Source: Octopus bimaculoides (lineage: Eukaryota). Taken from it: 33,135 nt of DNA. The notes under the pieces were generated by a model that was given only the letters and a program-made list of their open reading frames with translations, was not told the origin of the DNA and made no database searches. The stretch covers positions 107,545,595 to 107,578,729 of the forward strand of contig NC_068987.1 of NCBI RefSeq assembly GCF_001194135.2, in the 5' to 3' direction. A program made the position numbers and the translations under genes. Position 1 is the first letter of the stretch; the number at the start of each line of letters is the position of its first letter. Shown one piece after another: positions 24,275 through 33,135 of this stretch.

Positions 24275-24790
24275 TCTCTTATTTGTTTCAGTCATTTGCC
24301 TGCGGCCATGCTGGAGCACCGCATTTAGTCGAACAAATAGACCCCAGGACATATGCTATCGGTCTATTTACCGAACTGCTAAGCGACGGGGACGTAGACA
24401 CACCAGCATCGGTTGTCAAGCGAGGTTGGGGGACAAACACAGACACCACACAAACATATATATGTGTGTATATATATATATATAGAAGCACGTCGTATAT
24501 ATATATANNNNNNNNNNNNNNNNNNNNNNNNNNNNNNNNNNNNNNNNNNNNNNNNNNNNNNNNNNNNNNNNNNNNNNNNNNNNNNNNNNNNNNNNNNNNN
24601 NNNNNNNNNNNNNNNNNNNNNNNNNNNNNNNNNNNNNNNNNNNNNNNNNNNNNNNNNNNNNNNNNNTATATATACGACGTGCTTCTTTCAGTTTCCGTCT
24701 ACCAAATCCACTCACAAGGCTTTGATGAGACTGAACCCGGAACCATGTGGTTAGTAAGCAAGCTACTTACCACACAGTCACTCCTGCGCC
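24275..24790 (-). mobile_element. SINE family A (CORE-SINE-like), internally deleted, spans a gap
   Basis: TTGTTTCAGTCATT..TGCGGCCATGCTGGAGCACC 3' end; ACTTACCACACAGTCACTCCTGCGCC 5' head; internal TA microsatellite. Confidence 0.9.
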
Positions 24791-24814
24791 AATATATATA
24801 TATATTATTTTATT

Positions 24815-25055
24815 GTTTTTCTTATTTCAATCATTTGACTGCTGTCAAGCTGGAGCACCACATTTGGTCGAGCAACTCGACCCCAGGACTTCTTCTTTGT
24901 GAGCCTAATACTTATTCTAACAGTATCTTTTGCCGAACCGCTACGTTACGGGGAGGTAAACATACAAAATCGGTTGTCAAGTGATGTTGGTGTGGGGGGA
25001 CAAACACAGACACATAAACATATTCTTTCAGCTTCCCTCTACTAAATCCACTCAC
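24815..25055 (-). mobile_element. SINE family A, 5'-truncated and diverged
   Basis: GCTGGAGCACCAC..GTCGAG..CGACCCCAGGAC ... GGACAAACACAGACAC ... AAATCCACTCAC. Confidence 0.85.
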
Positions 25056-25204
25056 TGTATAGCAGAAGAAACTTGACCAAGGAGGCACGTGGTGTACATA
25101 CATATATACATACATACATACATGCATGCATGCATGTATGCATACATACATACAATATTTCTTGACAATCTGAAAATATTTTCGGACAAGATATACTCTT
25201 TCAC

Positions 25205-25441
25205 TCTTTTTTACTCTTTTACTTGTTTCAGTCATTGGACTGCGGCCATGCTGGAGCACCGACTTTAGTCGAGAAAATCGACCCCAGGACTTATTCTTTG
25301 TAAGCCTAGTACTTATTCTATCGGTCTCTTTTAGCAGAAACGGTAAGTTACGGGGGCGTTAACACACCAGCATCGGTTGTCAATGCGATGGTGGGGGGGG
25401 GACAAACACAGACCCACAAACACACACACACATATTGATAT

Positions 25442-25511
<70 letters not shown>

Positions 25512-25673
25512 GACGGGCTTCTTTCAGTTTCCATCTACCAAATCCACTCACAAGGCTTTGGTCGGCCCGAGTCTATAGTAAAAGACGCTCGCCCAAGGTG
25601 CCACGCAGAGGGACTGAACCCGGAACCATGTGGTTGGTAAGCAAGCTACTTACCACACAGCCACTCCTGCGCC
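25205..25673 (-). mobile_element. SINE family A, full length
   Basis: Reverse strand: A box TGGCTGTGTGG, B box GGTTCAGTCCC, a CTTGGGCGAGCGTCTT segment resembling the CORE-domain start, internal (TA)n, and an (AAGAGT)-like 3' tail. Confidence 0.92.
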
Positions 25674-26439
25674 TATATATCATATATTAATATCAGAGCC
25701 ATATTTCTGAATAACCCCACTATAAACAATATATAACTAGGAATACTCTTGAGTTTAAGCCGTATCATTCTAAGAGTCTAGTAAGAGAAATGACACCGAT
25801 ATATCTCCTTTTTTTGTCGATGGTGATACACGTATCGTATCAGATTTCTATTTACTCTGATATTTTCAACTCAATATTTCAAATGATGCTGCAAAGTAAT
25901 CGTATACAATACCGATATTGTACAAAGAAATAGTTTAAATAGCAAATGATTAAAATCAGCAGCAATTTTTCCAATAATGAACACATGACAGAATTGGCTT
26001 GCTCGTTTTAACATGGGAAATCACAATGTGAAGAAAGAACTCAATACTGTAGAGACAGTAACAGATATTTATTTAATGGAATTTGTTTCTCTCTCAATTA
26101 ACGTCAGAAAATTGTTTATCAAATGACCTAATTTTTCTCATATTAACTTTTTTGTGATATAATGATTTCATATAAAGTTATTTTTTTCAATAATTTGTCT
26201 AAGTTTCATTTACTATCATGTTAACGTTGTCTTTTAGTGTAACACGTATTCAAATATAAACCATACACTTTCAAAATATTAGAAATTCACCTTTTTCATT
26301 TTACGAAGCTTCAACGATTTAATTTCCTTTTATAACATCCATTTTATAAATATAAATATATCTGGATGGATATCGAAACGTTAAACTGACTTTCTTTCCT
26401 TCACTGAGCGTCTGTTAATATGAACAGTACCCATATCAT

Positions 26440-26960
26440 CTCCAATAGAACTAAGAAAAACCATTACCGAGACCGTCATATTCAACAACAACACCAAAAC
26501 ATAGCAGTTCTGCTACCAATATTAAAAGAATCCATCCATCGACATCAGTACCGTCTCAACAACCACTTTCACCAACGTGACCATCACTGCCAACACTGCC
26601 AACAATACCACCATCAACTACACCTCTACTACCAAAATCACCATTTTTATCATCACCGCGATTAACATAAAAGCCCAGCGCACACACTAACAACATCATT
26701 GCCTTCTCTGTTACTACAATCAGTAAGAGCACCACTTCGACCAACAGCAACAAGACAACAATCATTAACATTAAAATCGACTCTACTGTCATCTTCAACA
26801 GTGACACAACCATCAGCACCGTGACCACCACTGATACTTACATAACTATCGTCAGTAACACCATCAACATCACCAGCAATACCATCAACATCACCAGCAA
26901 TACCAACAACATCAACATTATCAAAAACAACATCGAAAATCACCGTCGCTATCAGCTACT
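26440..26960. repeat. degenerate (ACC/AAC/ATC) trinucleotide low-complexity tract
   Basis: 3-nt periodicity; a 21-mer CATCAACATCACCAGCAATAC tandem pair near 26862-26903; stops in the Thr-rich frame. Confidence 0.8.
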
Positions 26961-27231
26961 GGGAAGACGTCTACGAAATGGTTTGATTTGTTAGAAGTTG
27001 AAGCTTAAAAATATTGCGACTTGTTAAGTTACACAAGTATTTCCTGTTCTCAATAAAATATCCAAGTGGTTACCGGGTTTTCAAGAGATAGTAGTGGAAT
27101 TTGTCTCTGATAACACATAGAAAAAAAAAGAGAGAGAGAGGGAGAAACCAGGATTGCGATAACTGGAACCCATACATGAAATTGTCAGTTAGACAAATAA
27201 AAACTCACCATGGGGTAAACACCACCAATAG

Positions 27232-28015
27232 CGACTGCTACATCATCGTATGTACCATTAGATACATCACAATTTTCATGAAGGAATTTCACCTGCACCA
27301 ATATCAGGCAAAAATCAAAAACATATATAATTCAGCAAGCAACGGGGCCCATGTAACCTGGTAAACGATCCTGGCCAGATGTGAAATACAAATCCCATTT
27401 CAGATTGCAAACAAAGCATTTTAGTGCGCAGGAGTGGCTGTGTGGTAAGTAGCTTGCATGGCACCTTGGGCAAGTGTCTTCTACTATAGCTGCGGGCTGA
27501 CCAAAGCCTTGTGAGTGGATTTGGTAGACAGAAACTGAAAGAAGCCCGTCATATATATGTATATGTATATGTATGTATGTATATATATATANNNNNNNNN
27601 NNNNNNNNNNNNNNNNNNNNNNNNNNNNNNNNNNNNNNNNNNNNNNNNNNNNNNNNNNNNNNNNNNNNNNNNNNNNNNNNNNNNNNNNNNNNNNNNNNNN
27701 NNTGTGTATGTATGTATGTATGTATGTATGTATGTGTGTTTGTGTCTCTGTGTTTGTCCCCTCCCACCAATATCGCTTGACAGCAGATGCTGGTGTGTTT
27801 ACGTACCCGTAACCAAGCGGTTCGGCAAAAGAGGCACATACAATAAGTACTGGGCTTGCAAAGATTAAGTCCCGGGGTCGATTTGCTCGACTAAATGTAG
27901 TGCTCCAGCATGGCCGCAGTCAAATGACTGAAACAAGTAGAAGAGTAAAAGAGTGTTAGCTGCTTATTACATATAACTTACGTAAGGTTTACAGATTCAT
28001 GCATGCGTATATGTT
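27232..28015 (+). repeat. direct duplication, copy 1 (interrupted by a SINE)
   Basis: GAATTTCACC.GCACCAATATCAG ... CGGG.CCCATGTAA.CTGGTAA.CGA ... AAATCCCATT ... CTGCTT.TTACATATA, shared with 29437-29700. Confidence 0.85.
27427..27951 (+). mobile_element. SINE family A with B-box deletion
   Basis: GCAGGAGTGGCTGTGTGGTAAGTAGCTTGC|ATGGCACCTTGGGCAAGTGTCTT lacks the B-box segment seen at 25205-25673. AGTG on both sides. Confidence 0.92.
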
Positions 28016-28329
28016 GAAAACATGAATGACACATTGAATAAATTGAGGAATATTTGTGGATATGGCTACAGTTGAAATGGTTTCGATTGTAATTCTGTTC
28101 AGTTATACTCAAGCTGGAGCTATATTGTTATGTAACAATTTTTATTGCTATGTAAACAGCACCAGCATGAGCAGGTTTGAGCTGGTGTTAAACAACAACA
28201 GTTGCCAGTAGTTCCACCGAACAACATGAATTCCATATCAGTACCACCATCAGCAACAGTAAATCAATGTCAGTTGGAGAAAAGGATAGAGCAGTGTCCT
28301 GAATATCTGTAGTTCAGCTAATCTTTATC

Positions 28330-28560
28330 AGCTAAGTTTAGAGGAAGACGTACCGCACCTGGCAAACGCAGGCCCTGTAAAGACTGGTGAAACTGGTACA
28401 GTTAATGTTCCACTTAAACTTCTCGATAGAGCATGTCAGAAAGCAAGAACATTTCAGACGGTTGGGTTTGTGAACAGCGCATAAGTGTTTATGAGATGCC
28501 GCGTGTGTAAAGAAAGTTGACTACAAGAATGAGAGATGAATAGAAGTGACATGCTAGAGT
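28330..28560 (+). mobile_element. possible RTE-clade LINE 3' relic
   Basis: PGKRRPCKDW resembles the RTE C-terminal 'GKRxRGRPxKxW' motif. One weak motif only. Confidence 0.25.
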
Positions 28561-29436
28561 ATTTGAATGAAGGGGACAAGAAACCATCCAGCCTCTATGA
28601 GCAGATAAGAGGCCACTGTAAACGCAATAGAGTGAGTGGAGACCTTCCGCGATTGCAAAGCTGGAGAATGAATGACTATAGCGATCAGATGATTAGTCTT
28701 TCACTGGATTCGGTCTACGATATCTGTGTGTAGCGGTACTAGAGATATTGAACAAGTACTCTACTGTGGTACTTACCTGAGTTTTGTAATTGCCAAGCAA
28801 TAATTGGTGGCTGAATCATTATAGGTCTCGTCTCTACCTTAAACACTTTTAAGTCAACATCACCATAATAAAAAAAAAGGATACGATAGGATTCCCAGAT
28901 ATTTGAAATTTTGGGAAAAGGTTTGGGTGTGGTGGAATGTGTAGGGTTTAGGTGTAAGTTACAGTAGATGGGCTGAGGAACGAAAATGGGTATCTCCTTT
29001 GGGCTTAAATCAAATTGGCATGAAACTGGATAGTTTAGATGAGCCGAGACACAAATTACATATTTTCATTAATTTCGAAATAACTTACATTAGATTACAT
29101 ATGATTTTGTATCACTAAAAGGCGGTACTGTCAAGACTGAAATTATTATGATTGAATGTGTCCTCAATCAAATTCCATATGGAACTACGTAACAACAATA
29201 ACAACAACAGCAGTAGCCATAATAATAACATTGGCTGCAAAAATACTATGAATAACAACTCTTACACATTTGAGGCAACGTCGAACCATCTGTGTTCTTT
29301 TGGAAAATTTCTGTAGTTGGAAACTTTCAACAAATCATCCTCTACTATCCAGAATACAGTAATCCACACTGAACATTCTCGATAGTTATATACAAAATTT
29401 GAATCCATATAATAAATGGTCTGCTAGATAAAGAAA

Positions 29437-29700
29437 GACTGCTAACACATTCGGAACTACCGTTACGTCCACCCCCCTTTTCACTGAAGAATTTCACCAG
29501 CACCAATATCAGTCGAAAAATAAAAGCGTGTATATTTCAGTTAGCGACGGGACCCATGTAATCTGGTAAGCGACGCAGGCCAGGTGTCAAATATATTCAA
29601 TAAATCCCATTCGAAATGCTCACAAAACATTCTAGCGTTTACTGCTTGTTACATATACCTTAAGTATGTATTACAGATAAATCCATGTATATATGTAGCA
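29437..29700 (+). repeat. direct duplication, copy 2 (empty site)
   Basis: Collinear with 27232-27426 joined to 27956-28015, without the SINE. Confidence 0.85.
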
Positions 29701-30806
29701 TATAATATATATGCAAGCAATAGACACAATAAAATTTTTTTTTTTTTTTTTAAAGATGATAATTTTTGCTAGTGGGTTAAAACTTTGCTTCAAACAGACG
29801 GAGTAAACACTCTTAGATTTCGTAGTCCTGTGTCGACTGCGCCAGCTAGCGCCTCCCTGAACTGGCTTGCTATAGTATGTATGTTGCAAGCCTAACTAGA
29901 GTGCTACAATCACCATTGGATAATGGTTTTAGAAATATGAGTAAACTGACACTCAGGTTCCAGTCTGATCGTTTAAAGAATAGAAATTGGATAATACAAT
30001 TCTAGGTAGAACTCTTCGCTGAAAAGATAAAACAAAAAGAGAAGGGATAGATATAGCTGGTATGTCTTCCAATAGAGTTGAGAAACGCCGCTTCACCGCA
30101 ACCGACAAACATCAATAGTAACAATACTATGAACATCTTTCCCATTTAATATGACTAGCAACGATGTCTCGATCTTAGTCATCATCAAACATGATATAAA
30201 CACCAACTATAGCAATCAACAGCTAACCACAACTGCCAACAACAGCATCAGCAACAGAACTGCAATCGCTACGATTGTCTATCCGCCCAACCTCTCACAA
30301 CCGTTTATATTCGTTGCACATTACAAGACAAACCAATAACTACAACAAAAATGACGACGACGACGACTACATCAAGAGTACAACACAGACACCGCATGTC
30401 ACGTGGCTAGACTTTTTCAGCTTCTCTTTCACCATTGTTTCTCCACTTGACGTAGCTTCAACGAATGGACGGATGGTCTAGCGAACGTTAATATCAACTG
30501 ACCCGATTACTCAATGACACTCAGACTAAAGAACGGAAGCATGCAAGCGGACAGTCAGCTATTTAAGCACACCGACACACACACACACACACACACACAT
30601 ACACATACATACACACACACACGCGCGCACACAGATGCACACACACACACACACACACACACNNNNNNNNNNNNNNNNNNNNNNNNNNNNNNNNNNNNNN
30701 NNNNNNNNNNNNNNNNNNNNNNNNNNNNNNNNNNNNNNNNNNNNNNNNNNNNNNNNNNNNNNNNNATATATATATATATATATATATATAAGCACGCAGA
30801 CAGGCG

Positions 30807-30847
<41 letters not shown>

Positions 30848-31522
30848 AAAGGAAAGACAGAGAGCAGAGCAAACAATTGTACATTGAAACATAGAGCCAC
30901 GAACGCACACATACATTCATATGCCCAGAAACACCCCACCAACAATGTACAATGCAGACCCAAGCGAGCGCAAAATATTACACTTCATATCGTGGCCAGA
31001 AGCGGCTAAATCTAAATTGTTCATATCTTTGATAATATATGAAAATTTTGTATATACTGTATGTGTCCGTCCGCCCGAACACAAACGTGTGCCGCAGTCT
31101 CTGTATGTAGATGTATTTATTACATGTACGCAAAAGCACACAGAACACATACATATACATCAAAATATAGTCTGTGCAAAAAAAAAAGCGCATATATATT
31201 CTAGAGATATACATTTATATCATATTTCTCACACAATCACGTGGAAACATATATAGCTGGATAAATTTAGATGTGTATAATGAGTAGCGCTCATGTGTCT
31301 GAATAGGTGTGCCTGCGAATATGTATGTATGCATGCATGTATATATGTATGTAGGTAGGTAGGTAGGTAGATAGGTGGGTATGTAGGTACGTAAGTGGTT
31401 TAATCTTTCCTTGTGTTAGCGTACATGTGCGTAATGGTTTATGTGCGTGTATTTAAGCAGGCATTGGTACACCTGATATTAATGTGAGTTCGAACTAATA
31501 AACTGCGTATATGCGTAGGTGA

Positions 31523-31574
31523 GTGTTTAATATATATGTATATCCACGCATGTACAAGGTACACACACACACAC

Positions 31575-31614
<40 letters not shown>

Positions 31615-31633
31615 NNNNNNNNNNNNNNNNNNN

Positions 31634-31671
<38 letters not shown>

Positions 31672-31951
31672 CGCACGCTATTCACACGTACACATACAGA
31701 GACACATACAGACACATACAGACACATACAGACACCACACACAAATATACCTACATGCATATACACACTTATACATGTATATGTATATAAGCATATATAT
31801 ATATATATACATATATATATGTATATGTATGTATATGCATATATACTTATATATATATACATATATATATATACACACACATATGTATTTGTATATATAA
31901 TATATAATGTATAACACAGACATACATATATGTATGTGTGTACACATATAT

Positions 31952-31983
<32 letters not shown>

Positions 31984-32206
31984 NNNNNNNNNNNNNNNNN
32001 NNNNNNNNNNNNNNNNNNNNNNNNNNNNNNNNNNNNNNNNNNNNNNNNNNNNNNNNNNNNNNNNNNNNNNNNNNNNNNNNNNNNNNNNNNNNNNNNNNNN
32101 NNNNNNNNNNNNNNNNNNNNNNNNNNNNNNNNNNATATATATACATATATATATATACATGTATGTATATACGTATGTATAAATGCATGTACGTATGTAT
32201 GTATGC

Positions 32207-32280
<74 letters not shown>

Positions 32281-32300
32281 ATATGCGCATGCATATAGAC
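31523..32300. repeat. compound (CA)/(TA)/(TG) microsatellite region with two gaps
   Basis: Directly visible. Confidence 0.95.
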
Positions 32301-32339
32301 ACCCGTTATACAACTTTAATAACTTTCAAAGTTATACGA

Positions 32340-32600
32340 TTCAGAAAGCGGAAGAAAAGAACAAAGAGAGAAAGAAAGGCAAGAAGGAAAAAAAGGAAGA
32401 AAGAAGAAAAGAAGACAAGAAAGAAAGAAAGTAAGAAGAAACAAAGAAGGATAGAGAGAGAGAATGAAGAAAAGAACGAAAGAAACTAAACGACAAAAGC
32501 AGTAAAAACAAAGACAGAAAATAAGAAAGTTTCGTAAGGGAAGGAAAGATCTGCGGAAAAGAGAATGAGAAACGAGAAGAAACAAAAAATAGCAAGAATA
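32340..32600. repeat. purine-rich degenerate (AAAG/AAG) tract
   Basis: Almost exclusively A/G on the + strand. Confidence 0.85.
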
Positions 32601-32739
32601 TTCATTATTATTGTGTCTTTTATGTGTCTATTTTCAGATTTCCATTAAAATATGTTTACATAATTGCATTTGCTTACAATTGTATCCCTTTACTCTCCGT
32701 ACTTGCAACGGATTTAACTTCCTAGATTTTTGCATTTAT

Positions 32740-32851
32740 ATCTGTCTATCCATCATCTATTTATCTATCTATCTATATATCTATCTATCTATCTATCTGT
32801 CTTTGTGTCTGTCTATCTTTGTATCTGTCTATCTATCTATCCATCTATCTA

Positions 32852-32882
<31 letters not shown>

Positions 32883-32910
32883 CCACCTAGCTATCCATCT
32901 TCCGATCTGT
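32740..32910. repeat. degenerate (ATCT)n tetranucleotide tract
   Basis: Directly visible. Confidence 0.9.
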
Positions 32911-33033
32911 CTACAGCAATTTTCTCTTTCTGTGTTTCCCTCTCTCCATTTCACTATTTCTGGATAACATCTTTTCTCTTTATGTATATTTATAATATCA
33001 AACTGAAATATGAATATATATGCGTGTGTGGGG

Positions 33034-33085
<52 letters not shown>

Positions 33086-33135
33086 AAGTGTGAGCGTCTC
33101 CATACTAGTAAATATATATATATATATATATATAT

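Noticed and set aside
26350-26420. GATATCGAAACGTTAAAC..CTGAGCGTC, faintly like a PLE hammerhead-associated repeat
   Set aside because: No CTGANGA core is visible; too decayed to call.
26420-26960. Thr/Ser/His-rich mucin-like ORFs; similar tracts near 28150-28260 and 30110-30380
   Set aside because: Degenerate trinucleotide repeats with stops and no splice or start context.
30917-31003. Minus-strand peptide AASGHDMKCNILRSLGSALYIVGGVFLGI*, like a terminal transmembrane helix
   Set aside because: A short hydrophobic stretch with a weak acceptor, embedded in microsatellite-rich DNA; no independent support.
32614-32730. Strong-looking plus-strand acceptor TTTTCAG at 32637
   Set aside because: No convincing donor or recognisable peptide follows, and it runs into (ATCT)n.

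Overview
AT-rich, repeat-dominated eukaryotic genomic DNA with 12 N-gaps, most flanked by microsatellites. The SINE families and microsatellite load look like an octopus/coleoid cephalopod draft assembly (inferred from recalled repeat consensus, not from a search). No host protein-coding gene can be firmly supported: nearly all listed ORFs are microsatellite or N-gap artefacts. Recognisable content: three Tc1/mariner relics, a 170-aa open GIY-YIG endonuclease ORF of Penelope-like type between ~120-bp inverted repeats, a second decayed Penelope-like relic, a Helentron-associated (HINE-like) element, about a dozen tRNA-derived SINE copies from at least three families (one nested with a TSD), two local direct duplications and a near-perfect 27-bp hairpin running into a gap. 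The most interesting items are the RT-less GIY-YIG cassette with inverted flanks and a mariner element built from two 5' halves. I see no strong evidence of a wholly new biological system; these are leads that need genome-wide searches.
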